Source: a virus. Taken from it: a DNA stretch of 44,723 nt. The DNA is taken from IMG/VR virus record IMGVR_UViG_3300045988_035831. One strand, written 5' to 3'. Below, in pieces: positions 25,391 to 33,788 of this stretch (positions within the stretch are counted from its first letter, which is position 1; each line of letters opens with the position of its first letter). A program made the translations under genes and the position numbers. The notes beneath the pieces are model-generated. The model was given only the letters and a program-made list of their open reading frames with translations. It ran no database searches and was not told the origin of the DNA.

Positions 25391-25751
25391 ACTTATTAGA
25401 AATCATGTCAATAAGTTTTTCTAAATTGTCCCATCCCTCATCATCCAATCTGGCTAATGCAGACACGAGACGGTGTCGGAAAGAATCTTCTCCAGATTTC
25501 ATTACGTCTGCAAGCATGGCAGAAATTTGTTTGTCTTTAATTCCGGGTACAAACATATCTCCGTTTCCAGTTCTGAGCCATTCTTCACTCACTCCAAACT
25601 CTCTGCATATAGATTTGATAACAGCATCTGTTGGATTTCTTAAACCAGTTTCATAATTAGTAATGGTATTTCCCTTTACTCCAATTATGTCTCCAAATGC
25701 TGTCTGAGTGAGATTCTGGGATTTGCGCACTTGTTTGATTCTGTCTTTCAC
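25389..25751 (-). CDS. CI-like XRE-family repressor without a peptidase domain.
   Basis: HTH LTQTAFGDIIGVKGNTITNYETGLRNP. GTG start with GGAGGTG 7 nt upstream. Confidence 0.9.
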   Translation of the reverse strand: MKDRIKQVRKSQNLTQTAFGDIIGVKGNTITNYETGLRNPTDAVIKSICREFGVSEEWLRTGNGDMFVPGIKDKQISAMLADVMKSGEDSFRHRLVSALARLDDEGWDNLEKLIDMISNK

Positions 25752-25771
25752 TTTTCCTCACCTCCAATGAT

Positions 25772-25800
25772 AATATATCATAAAAAACTCACAAAGTCAA
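25772..25800 (-). promoter_or_regulatory. Leftward promoter for the repressor.
   Basis: On the minus strand: TTGACT, a 17-nt spacer, then TATATT. Confidence 0.65.
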
Positions 25801-25850
25801 TATTTAGTGTTGACATATAACTCACGTCGTGATATTATAAACTCACAAAG
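25785..25850. promoter_or_regulatory. Three operator-like repeats (AAACTCACAAAG, TAACTCACGTCG, AAACTCACAAAG).
   Basis: An exact 12-mer occurs at 25785-25796 and 25839-25850, with a variant at 25818-25829. They overlap the -35 of the leftward promoter, the rightward promoter spacer and its +1 region. Confidence 0.6.
25810..25838 (+). promoter_or_regulatory. Rightward early promoter.
   Basis: TTGACA (25810-25815), a 17-nt spacer, then TATTAT (25833-25838). Confidence 0.75.
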
Positions 25851-25865
25851 CAAGGAGGTGAAAAC

Positions 25866-26219
25866 ATGAAATACAGTCCGCTCGGCAGTAAAAAAATGAT
25901 ATCTCAAACTTTCAATGGTGATTGCTTGAAAACCACTTTTGAAAGAGAGAACGAATTGAAGTCCGAATATGAAATTTATGTAAACTGGATGAATCCGGAT
26001 CAGTTAGCAGAAGTTTCATTTCAGTTGCCATTCCACGATTGGCAGACACTTGAAAAGTCTGAGGTTTGGAAAAATCTGGATGAATTTCTTTCGGAAGTTC
26101 AAATCGAATATATTCCGAAGTACCGCCAAGTCCAACCAATTGTAGCGGAAAAGGTTGTGTATAGAAGTCTGTTAGGTTCTTTAGTTGCATTCTTTCGTGA
26201 TAAATTGATTCACCAATAG
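25866..26219 (+). CDS. First early ORF (117 aa) with no recognisable HTH. It overlaps a longer antisense ORF.
   Basis: AAGGAGGTGAAAAC-ATG lies directly downstream of the early promoter. The acidic, soluble-looking sequence overlaps 25912-26505(-) by 308 nt. Confidence 0.5.
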   Translation: MKYSPLGSKKMISQTFNGDCLKTTFERENELKSEYEIYVNWMNPDQLAEVSFQLPFHDWQTLEKSEVWKNLDEFLSEVQIEYIPKYRQVQPIVAEKVVYRSLLGSLVAFFRDKLIHQ

Positions 26220-26505
26220 CGCGCCCTTTTAAACATGAATAATGGGTTCCACTATACACGTAAGAAATATTTACGATTGATATGGCAATTCTGGAACGAT
26301 TGATAATTTCAAAATGAACAATCAACTCATTATTATCTTTCAACTTGAAACCAATAGGAATAAACTCTATTTTTTTTCGAGATTGGAATAAGTTCCATAC
26401 AGTTCCAGCAGACCCTATTAACCCAAGCATAAAGGAAACATTTTCAAACGTAATGATTTCTTTAGCCGATCTTAAAATTGAAACAATTTGATTTATTTTA
26501 ATCAC
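25912..26505 (-). CDS. 197-aa ORF with an N-terminal TM segment and a beta-rich domain. The coding status is unresolved.
   Basis: A 594-nt stop-free frame in ~35% GC DNA. TM segment VSFMLGLIGSAGTVWNLF. It is the only long ORF covering 26220-26505. GGAGGTG abuts the GTG start, so initiation geometry is poor. Confidence 0.45.
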   Translation of the reverse strand: MIKINQIVSILRSAKEIITFENVSFMLGLIGSAGTVWNLFQSRKKIEFIPIGFKLKDNNELIVHFEIINRSRIAISIVNISYVYSGTHYSCLKGRAIGESIYHERMQLKNLTDFYTQPFPLQLVGLGGTSEYIRFELPKEIHPDFSKPQTFQVSANRGMATEMKLLLTDPDSSSLHKFHIRTSIRSLFQKWFSSNHH

Positions 26506-26548
26506 CTCCCATATACAGGGAGTATATCACAAGAAAAGAGGTGAGTAT

Positions 26549-26704
26549 ATGTCTGAAAAAGAAAAAAGAATCATTGAAAAGCTGAAAGAAGCGATTCCTA
26601 ATATGTCAGAGTTTGACAAGGGATACATTCTCGGTAAGACGGAAAGTTTTTCTGAGAATAAGTCTGATGATTCTGACCAGAAAGAAAATAAGAAAGGAGC
26701 ATGA
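26549..26704 (+). CDS. 51-aa acidic early protein, below the track cutoff.
   Basis: AGAGGTGA lies 7 nt before the ATG. MSEKEKRIIEKLKEAIPNMSEFDKGYILGKTESFSENKSDDSDQKENKKGA. Confidence 0.6.
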   Translation: MSEKEKRIIEKLKEAIPNMSEFDKGYILGKTESFSENKSDDSDQKENKKGA

Positions 26705-26705
26705 A

Positions 26706-27035
26706 ATGAGTGAAGTTGATACTTACATCAAAGAAAATGCAGAAGTTCATCAGTTCGCCGCAGAGGTTGCGAGAATCATATCAGGCATTCCACAGATGCC
26801 GGAGTTCTCATCAGAGAGTATGAGCGTATCTGATGCGAGTCAACTGATCGGACTTCCTGTAACATCAATTAGAGCAGGAATTGTGTACGGATGGTTGCCG
26901 ATTGGTGTGGCTGTGCAGAATAATAAACCAGCAAAAAGCCTTTCCGGTGGCCGAATCACATACATCATAAGCCCTAGGAAAGTCTATGAAGTGACTGGTC
27001 ATGTCTGGAAAGGCAAGGCTGCTCTCAATAAGTGA
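26706..27035 (+). CDS. Excisionase/MerR-like HTH protein.
   Basis: ATG 26706 follows AAAGGAG. MSVSDASQLIGLPVTSIRAGIVYGWLP is an HTH_17-like motif. Confidence 0.75.
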   Translation: MSEVDTYIKENAEVHQFAAEVARIISGIPQMPEFSSESMSVSDASQLIGLPVTSIRAGIVYGWLPIGVAVQNNKPAKSLSGGRITYIISPRKVYEVTGHVWKGKAALNK

Positions 27036-27173
27036 GTGCCCCGGAGGGAGTCGACACCTCCACCCCGGAGCTTTGCACCCACTAAAGCACCTTAGTGGAT
27101 ACAGGTTAATTATAAGCCTCTATCTGCTAATTGTAAAGACAAATAAGAACAAATAAGGAGAAATTAGCACGAT

Positions 27174-27332
27174 ATGAGCGAAATTAGAAACGAAAATCAG
27201 CCAACATGGGCTGACATCGAAGTAGCACTTGCGACTGAAATTGTCGAGGAGAGCAAGAAGAAATCAAGGAAATGGTTTACAGCATGGATTGTGACGGCTG
27301 CCGCACTGGTAGCGAGCAACCTTCCCTTGTAG
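27174..27332 (+). CDS. 52-aa ORF with a C-terminal hydrophobic segment. It ends where a -1-frame ORF continues.
   Basis: MSEIRNENQPTWADIEVALATEIVEESKKKSRKWFTAWIVTAAALVASNLPL. The -1 frame (27272-27448) reads on as ...LVADNYIESSYKARTLASYVQALNGLLTAQKSYKEKNIGE. Confidence 0.4.
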   Translation: MSEIRNENQPTWADIEVALATEIVEESKKKSRKWFTAWIVTAAALVASNLPL

Positions 27333-27440
27333 CTGATAACTACATCGAGAGTTCATATAAGGCGAGGACGCTGGCGAGCTACGTACAGGCCTTAAATGGG
27401 CTTTTAACGGCTCAGAAATCATATAAGGAGAAAAATATCG

Positions 27441-27641
27441 GTGAGTGAATTTGAAATCCGTATTCCGGCAAGAAAGAAGCAGCCGGCAACCGATAAGGAC
27501 AATCCGGTTGTGAAAGTTTCACCAGGCGCATATAACGCACTGGTTGAAATCTATAATGAATCAACTTTATCCATGAAAGATATCGCAAGTTTACTGATCG
27601 TTGAGGGCAGCAAGCATGTGGTTTATGACAAGGAGGAATAG
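27441..27641 (+). CDS. Hypothetical early protein.
   Basis: GTG start 10 nt after AAGGAG; 66 aa. Confidence 0.6.
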   Translation: MSEFEIRIPARKKQPATDKDNPVVKVSPGAYNALVEIYNESTLSMKDIASLLIVEGSKHVVYDKEE

Positions 27642-27643
27642 CA

Positions 27644-28294
27644 ATGGCAACACCAGTATTAATTATTGGAAAATCTGGTTCTGGCAAGAGCACCAGTCTT
27701 AGAAACTGCCAGAATGAACACTGGAATCTTATTAGAGTATTAAATAAACCACTTCCGTTTAAAGGCAAGATTGACGGATGGTTTACAGATGATTACCAGC
27801 AGGTAATGAAGTGCCTGATCGCATCAAAAGCGGAGTCAATCGTAATTGATGATGCAGGTTATCTTATTACGAATCATTTCATGAAAGGACATGCTTCTGC
27901 CGGAAAAGGCAATGCAGTATTCGCTCTGTACAATGATATTGGAGACTATTTCTGGAATCTTATCCAGTTCATTGTAACAAAAGTACCGCAGAATAAAATT
28001 GTTTACCTTATGATGCATGAAGAAAAAGATGATTCCGGGGAAGTAAAACCTAAGACAATTGGTAAGCTTCTGGACGAAAAAGTTTGCATCGAGGGTATGT
28101 TTACCATCGTTCTTCGCTGCATCGAAGAGAGCGGCAAACACTTATTTGTCACTCAGTCCAGCCAGGGAGCAGTAAGTAAGTCCCCGATTGGAATGTTTGA
28201 CAGTTTAACTATTGGTAACGACCTTGCAGAGGTGGATAAGGTTATTAGAGATTATTATGAATTAGGGGGAACAGATAATGCAGAAACCAAATAA
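27644..28294 (+). CDS. P-loop NTPase (AAA_24/Sak4-like, recombination-associated).
   Basis: Walker A GKSGSGKST and Walker B SIVIDDAG. The next gene is a DUF669-type SSB, which is the usual pairing. Confidence 0.85.
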   Translation: MATPVLIIGKSGSGKSTSLRNCQNEHWNLIRVLNKPLPFKGKIDGWFTDDYQQVMKCLIASKAESIVIDDAGYLITNHFMKGHASAGKGNAVFALYNDIGDYFWNLIQFIVTKVPQNKIVYLMMHEEKDDSGEVKPKTIGKLLDEKVCIEGMFTIVLRCIEESGKHLFVTQSSQGAVSKSPIGMFDSLTIGNDLAEVDKVIRDYYELGGTDNAETK

Positions 28295-28886
28295 TTACGA
28301 TACTACACAGGCAGCAGGAAATTTTGAGCCGATTAAGCTCGGCGGACACAAAATGGTAATTAAGCAGGTATCAGAGAAAAAATCCCAGGGTGGGCTTGAT
28401 ATGCTTGTTATCTTGTTTGATTTCGCAGAAGGTGATGAACAGGCGGGGTACTTTATGAAGCAGTTCGAAAACGATATCCGTCCAGACAAGAAATATCCGA
28501 ACGCCGGCACTAACTATATGGTCATTGACGAGAGTGTAGATTATGGTGTCCGTAACCTTAAAACATTTATCACATGCGTAGAAAAGTCAAATCCGGGATT
28601 TGCCGTTAAGTGGGGCGATAATTTCAGGCAGCAGTTTAAGGGAAAACTGATCGGCGGCATCTTCCGTCTGGAGAGAGACTGGTACGACAATAAAGAAGTA
28701 AAACGTCACAAACTTGCATGGTTCCGCAGCGTGGAAGAAATCAAAGATGCAGATATTCCGGAAGAGCGTACCACAAAGGCCTATGACGATCATCTGAAGG
28801 AAGAAGCTATCATGGAAGCAAGTCCAGCAGGTACGGACTTTATGAGTATTCCAGACAGTGTACAGGAAGAACTTCCGTTCAATTAA
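28278..28886 (+). CDS. DUF669-type single-strand DNA-binding protein.
   Basis: 202 aa, ending in an acidic SSB-like tail EELPFN. Confidence 0.75.
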   Translation: MQKPNNYDTTQAAGNFEPIKLGGHKMVIKQVSEKKSQGGLDMLVILFDFAEGDEQAGYFMKQFENDIRPDKKYPNAGTNYMVIDESVDYGVRNLKTFITCVEKSNPGFAVKWGDNFRQQFKGKLIGGIFRLERDWYDNKEVKRHKLAWFRSVEEIKDADIPEERTTKAYDDHLKEEAIMEASPAGTDFMSIPDSVQEELPFN

Positions 28887-28901
28887 AAAGATGTGTTTTT
28901 A

Positions 28902-29399
28902 ATGGTTATACAAGTGGACACAAGGGAACATAAATCAGAATGGGGACGAATTCAGAGTCAGTTTGATAGCCTTGGAGTGCAGTATTTTCGCTCTAAATTG
29001 TATTGCGGTGATTATCAATCACTGGACAATGCAAAACTCTGTATTGACCGTAAAAAGGATTTGCAAGAGCTTTGCGGAAATGTCTGCCAGCAGCATGAAA
29101 GATTCAAAGCAGAGCTTATCAGAGCGCGTGAAGCAGGTATTCAGTTGATTATCCTATGTGAACATGGGCCAGATATTAAGTCCGTTGGTGATGTGTATTT
29201 TTGGGAGAACCCAAGAAAACACAAAGTTATCTGGAAGACGGTAAACGATAAGAGAGTAAAGACTGTAATCTCTGACAAGGCTGTTGATGGCTGCCAGTTG
29301 TATAAATCTCTCTGCACAATCAGAGATAGATACGGAGTCCGATTTGAATTCTGTACAAAAGAAGAAACCGGGCGGCAGATCGTGGAGCTGCTGTCATGA
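28902..29399 (+). CDS. ERCC4/Mus81-type nuclease.
   Basis: VDTRE...CGDYQ...CIDRKKDLQEL matches the GDxn-ERK-type catalytic signature. Confidence 0.8.
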   Translation: MVIQVDTREHKSEWGRIQSQFDSLGVQYFRSKLYCGDYQSLDNAKLCIDRKKDLQELCGNVCQQHERFKAELIRAREAGIQLIILCEHGPDIKSVGDVYFWENPRKHKVIWKTVNDKRVKTVISDKAVDGCQLYKSLCTIRDRYGVRFEFCTKEETGRQIVELLS

Positions 29400-29893
29400 C
29401 TAAGGAAGAAATCAAACAGTCAGTGAAAATGTCGGAAATTCTTTCCAGATACGGACTAAGGCCGAATAGAGCAGGATTTATATGTTGCCCTTTTCATAAG
29501 GAAAAGTCAGCATCCTGCAAAATCTACGATGATTCCTTTTACTGTTTCGGCTGTGGAACCGGTGGCGATGTGTTTGATTTCGTGATGCAATACGAATCCA
29601 TCCCTTTTAGCACTGCATTTATTGAGCTGGGCGGTACTTATATTTCAAAAAAAGGCAAAAGTCGTAACCAGATCAGGCATGAAGTGCGAGATATCAAAGC
29701 AAAAAGATACAATCCCGTTCAGGATCATAGTGAACTTGAACAGATAGAAAAGAATATACTTATGTACGAAACAGCACTAAAAACGTTCCCTCCTGATTCA
29801 GAAGAGTGGTATATGTGCCAATTTAATCTCGAGAAAGAAAAAAGCAGATATGAATTGCTGTCTGTTAAGTCAGGAGGTGAGAAAAATTCTTGA
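29396..29893 (+). CDS. DnaG-type CHC2 zinc-finger (primase N-terminal domain) protein.
   Basis: CPFHKEKSASCKIYDDSFYCFGCGTGGDVFDFV. Confidence 0.85.
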   Translation: MTKEEIKQSVKMSEILSRYGLRPNRAGFICCPFHKEKSASCKIYDDSFYCFGCGTGGDVFDFVMQYESIPFSTAFIELGGTYISKKGKSRNQIRHEVRDIKAKRYNPVQDHSELEQIEKNILMYETALKTFPPDSEEWYMCQFNLEKEKSRYELLSVKSGGEKNS

Positions 29894-31808
29894 AAATATT
29901 GAAAATTTACAGGCACAAGACTTTATGGAGAAGCAGTTGTATGAAGAGCTTTTTGCGATAAAAAGTAAAATCGACCGCTCAGAAATCAAATTCAAACTGA
30001 TGGACCGGGCAAAAAGTGTGAAAGCGAAACATATAGCAGAAGAGTTTATAAAGGAATTTCAAAAAGCAGAGCAGGAAAAAGAAAAAGAAGAAAAAGCAAA
30101 TCGTTCCATGCAGCTGGTTGAAAACATCACAAACTTTTATCCTGATTCTGTTGATAAGGAGTATCCTAATATGGCTTGTGGCAGCTGGATAGCTACAGAG
30201 AATGGAATATTTTCTTCTGAAACATCTAAGGCGAGAGAACTTGTATGTCACCACCCGATCATGCCGATACGCCGACTGAAAAACATTGAAACAGGTGAAG
30301 AACAGATCACAGTGGCTTTTAAAAGGGATGGATATTGGACGGAAATAACTGTTCCGAAAATCGACATTGTGACTTCCAGGGCAATAACTAATCTTGCAAG
30401 GTTCGGGGTGCAGGTCAATTCAGAGAATGCAAGGCTTCTCGTAAAGTATCTGGCAGATGTTGAAATGTACAATGCCGATATGATTGACATACAGCACTCT
30501 ACAAGCAAGTTAGGGTGGCATGGCGATGTGTTTGTACCTTACGACCTTTCGATCGTTTTTGACGGGGAATACCGCTTTAAAGCACTATTCCAGAGTATAC
30601 AGGAAAGCGGAGATTACTTCAAGTGGGTGACTCTAGCTAAACAGCTGCGGTCATGCGGACGATTAGAGCCACGAATAGCGCTGGCGGCATCTTTTGCAAG
30701 TGTTCTTATACAGCCACTTGATGTATTGCCGTTCATCGTAGATTTCTACGGGCAGACAGGCGGTGGAAAGACAGTAACGATCAATATAGCGGCATCGGTT
30801 TGGGGAAACCCGGCACCGGGAGCTTACGTTGGAAACTTTCGGTCAACAGATACATCATTGGAGACCAGGGCAGATATGCTCAATAACTTTCCGATGATTC
30901 TGGATGATTCAAAGAACGCTTCTCAGTATATCCGAGATAACTACGAAACGCTTATATATAACCTTTGTTCTGGTAAGGGAAAAGCACGTTCAAATAAGGA
31001 CCTCGGAGCAGCTAAGGAGAATATATGGAGCAATGTGACCATTTGCAATGGTGAGAACCCTATTTCGGAATTTGCAGATTCCGGCGGAGCAATCAACAGA
31101 ATTATTGAAATTGAGTGCTGCGAGGATATTTACGAGAATCCAGCAGAGATTAACGGCATTGTCGTGAAGAACTATGGTTTTGCCGGAAGAGTGTTTGTTG
31201 GAAATCTCAAGCAGTTCACGCCGGATCAGTTAAAAGAAATGAAATCTGAGATTGAAAAAGGGTTTGATGGTTTTGATTTTCCGGCAAAGCAAATCATGGC
31301 AATATCTACGCTTCTGCTGGCTGACAAATTAGCTACAGATTTCATATTTAAGGATGGACGTGAGCTGACGGTCGAGGACGTTGTGGACATACCTACACGT
31401 AAAAAAGACGTATCTGAGGGACAGAGGTGTTATGAATTCATTCTTGAAAGTCTTTCCGTGTACGGGCAGCACTTTGATGCTCAATTCAGTTGCGATCAAT
31501 GGGGATTCAAGGAAACGCCAGATGAGTATGAAGATGTATATGTATATTTTTATCCGAAACCTCTTGAAAACCTTTTGAAAAATAATGGATTCTCCAGAAA
31601 AGCCTTTTCTGCCTGGGCAATTAATCGAGAATTGATTAAGCATACAGGAAAGAGAGATACGGTGCTAAAAAGGGACGGAGGAAGCGTGATGAGGCTTATC
31701 GCAGTAAAAGTCATTAACATAAAGGACCTTGAGAGCGAGCAAGAAAATGGATCAGTTGAAGCTGATTTCGCACCCGCCAGCGAAGGAACGAATGTTCCAT
31801 TTTCATAA
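29850..31808 (+). CDS. Primase-associated SF3-type replicative helicase (DUF927/Cch-like).
   Basis: Walker A GQTGGGKT and Walker B MILDDS; 652 aa. The start is uncertain (ATG 29850 or ATG 29925). Confidence 0.8.
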   Translation: MNCCLLSQEVRKILENIENLQAQDFMEKQLYEELFAIKSKIDRSEIKFKLMDRAKSVKAKHIAEEFIKEFQKAEQEKEKEEKANRSMQLVENITNFYPDSVDKEYPNMACGSWIATENGIFSSETSKARELVCHHPIMPIRRLKNIETGEEQITVAFKRDGYWTEITVPKIDIVTSRAITNLARFGVQVNSENARLLVKYLADVEMYNADMIDIQHSTSKLGWHGDVFVPYDLSIVFDGEYRFKALFQSIQESGDYFKWVTLAKQLRSCGRLEPRIALAASFASVLIQPLDVLPFIVDFYGQTGGGKTVTINIAASVWGNPAPGAYVGNFRSTDTSLETRADMLNNFPMILDDSKNASQYIRDNYETLIYNLCSGKGKARSNKDLGAAKENIWSNVTICNGENPISEFADSGGAINRIIEIECCEDIYENPAEINGIVVKNYGFAGRVFVGNLKQFTPDQLKEMKSEIEKGFDGFDFPAKQIMAISTLLLADKLATDFIFKDGRELTVEDVVDIPTRKKDVSEGQRCYEFILESLSVYGQHFDAQFSCDQWGFKETPDEYEDVYVYFYPKPLENLLKNNGFSRKAFSAWAINRELIKHTGKRDTVLKRDGGSVMRLIAVKVINIKDLESEQENGSVEADFAPASEGTNVPFS

Positions 31809-31810
31809 TT

Positions 31811-32112
31811 TGTAACCATGTAACCGTTGTAACACGAAAAAAAACGTCCTATAGGAGAAAGTTTGAGAGTGTATAAAAAACATATACTCTAGTGATTCTC
31901 CTATATGAAAACCTTGGTTACATTGGTTACACGGTTACATACCTCTGAAACCCGCATAAAATAAGGGTTTTTGGCGTAACCAATAGGTCGAAAAAGTCGG
32001 TTACACGTTGGTTACAAAATTAAAAAGCATATACAATTAGATTTATTATAGCAAAATTAATTGAATATTACAAAAATATTTAGTTGACATAATTATTACA
32101 AGGAGTGGTTAC
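31811..32112. repeat. Iteron field (about 10 copies of GGTTAC/GTAACC) with a ~56-bp palindrome; putative replication origin.
   Basis: GTAACC at 31812, 31820 and 31976, plus GTAACA at 31829. GGTTAC at 31916, 31925, 31933, 31999, 32010 and 32107. Palindrome tataggagaa (31850-31859) / ttctcctata (31896-31905). Confidence 0.65.
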
Positions 32113-32115
32113 AAA

Positions 32116-33516
32116 ATGAAAAAAGACGATCTCAATAAAAAGCAGAGATATGCATTAGATACGATGCTGTCTGGCAGCAATGTTTTTCTGACAGGTGACG
32201 CAGGAACAGGCAAGACAACGGTTATTCAAACGTTCATCGATGAGGCGGAAAAAGCTGGTAAAAATGTTCTGGTATCCGCCACTACTGGAATTGCAGCGGA
32301 TAATATCGGATATGGGGCAACTACCGTACACCGGGCATTGAATATTTCAATTAAATTTGAGGACTATAAGAAAAAGGTGAAATCCAGAGCTGAACTTCTG
32401 AAAGAAGCAGATGTTCTTATCATTGATGAAATCAGCATGTGCCGGTTCGATTTGTTCAATATGATTGCAAAGACGATCATCACGGAGAATGAAGAGAGAG
32501 CAGTTGACAGACTTCTAATCGGAGAGGACAAAGAAGACATTCAGTTAATCGTGATAGGCGATTTCTACCAGCTTCCCCCAGTTATCACGACAGATGACCG
32601 CAAAATTCTCTGCCGGATGTATGGATCTGATTATGGAAAGGGCGGAAAGTACGAACACGGATATGCCTTCATGTCTGAATACTGGAAAGATATGTCATTC
32701 GAATATATTAAGCTTGATGAAGTATGCAGGCAGAATGATGAGGGATTTAAGTATGTGCTGAATGATATTAAATATGGCAACAATATTAGAAAATCCATTG
32801 CATATCTGGAGAACAACGAATCAGACAAGGTTATACCGGAAGCACCGTTCTTGGTTGGCACTAATGCAGAAGCTGACAGAATTAACAATACTTTCCTTGG
32901 CAAGTTGGATAAAAAGACCGAAAAAGTGTTTCATGCAGCAGTTGACGGCGAGCTAACATCTGCCGATATTAAGAACATTGCATTTGCCAGCGAGGACTTA
33001 ATTCTTAACATCGGTGCAAAAGTGATGATTACAGTCAATGATCTGTCTGGAAACTACGTTAATGGAACGATTGGCATCATTCAGAAAATTGTGGAAAACG
33101 GAGAATTTGAAGAATCTTATCTGGTTATCAAGACTGATAAGGGCAAAACAGTTAGCTTGTACAGATACAGCAAAGACATTGAGAAACAGGTTATTGAGGA
33201 ATCTGAACAGGAAAAAGACGGTCAGAAAATCGTAAAAGAGAAGATTGTCCGCAAAAAAGTAGGTTCTTTCTCTCAGTTCCCAGTGAAACTTGCCTGGGCG
33301 ATCAGTATTCATAAATCACAGGGACAGACATTCGAGAAAATCAACATTGATCCTTGCTGTTGGGATCCTGGGCAGTTCTATGTGGCTGTTTCCCGGGCAA
33401 AATCCGCTAATGGTATACATTTTATCAGACCGATAAAACAAAGCTATATTAAGGCGTTTAGTAAGGATAACGAGCGACTTCTTGAACAGAGTTTTGAGGT
33501 AGAAGAAGGTGTATAA
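32116..33516 (+). CDS. Pif1/RecD-like SF1 helicase.
   Basis: GDAGTGKTT, LIIDEISM, GDFYQLPPV, HKSQGQTF. Confidence 0.9.
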   Translation: MKKDDLNKKQRYALDTMLSGSNVFLTGDAGTGKTTVIQTFIDEAEKAGKNVLVSATTGIAADNIGYGATTVHRALNISIKFEDYKKKVKSRAELLKEADVLIIDEISMCRFDLFNMIAKTIITENEERAVDRLLIGEDKEDIQLIVIGDFYQLPPVITTDDRKILCRMYGSDYGKGGKYEHGYAFMSEYWKDMSFEYIKLDEVCRQNDEGFKYVLNDIKYGNNIRKSIAYLENNESDKVIPEAPFLVGTNAEADRINNTFLGKLDKKTEKVFHAAVDGELTSADIKNIAFASEDLILNIGAKVMITVNDLSGNYVNGTIGIIQKIVENGEFEESYLVIKTDKGKTVSLYRYSKDIEKQVIEESEQEKDGQKIVKEKIVRKKVGSFSQFPVKLAWAISIHKSQGQTFEKINIDPCCWDPGQFYVAVSRAKSANGIHFIRPIKQSYIKAFSKDNERLLEQSFEVEEGV

Positions 33517-33518
33517 GT

Positions 33519-33788
33519 ATGAGAGTGACACACGAGCAGATACCGAACACTATTAAGTTCTTGCAGATTGACTTCCCGGCACTGGTTCTCCAGACTGCCG
33601 GAATCGAAGAAAATGATGAATACTGGCAGCAGGTGACAGAACAGATTCATATCATGTCAGAAAAATATCGAAAAAACGGGTTTGTAGATCATATGCTATT
33701 GGCTTATGCGGACTATCTCGAAAAAATGTTTAAAAGAGCGCAGAAGATGAAAGAGGAGCGTGAGAAAAATGTACAAACAGAAGTATAA
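33519..33788 (+). CDS. Hypothetical protein.
   Basis: 89 aa with an SD-like GAAGGTG upstream. Confidence 0.65.
   Translation: MRVTHEQIPNTIKFLQIDFPALVLQTAGIEENDEYWQQVTEQIHIMSEKYRKNGFVDHMLLAYADYLEKMFKRAQKMKEEREKNVQTEV

Noticed and set aside
27412-27768. 118-aa minus-strand ORF.
   Set aside because: It is antisense to two plus-strand genes with good SDs and clear motifs (the P-loop ATPase start).
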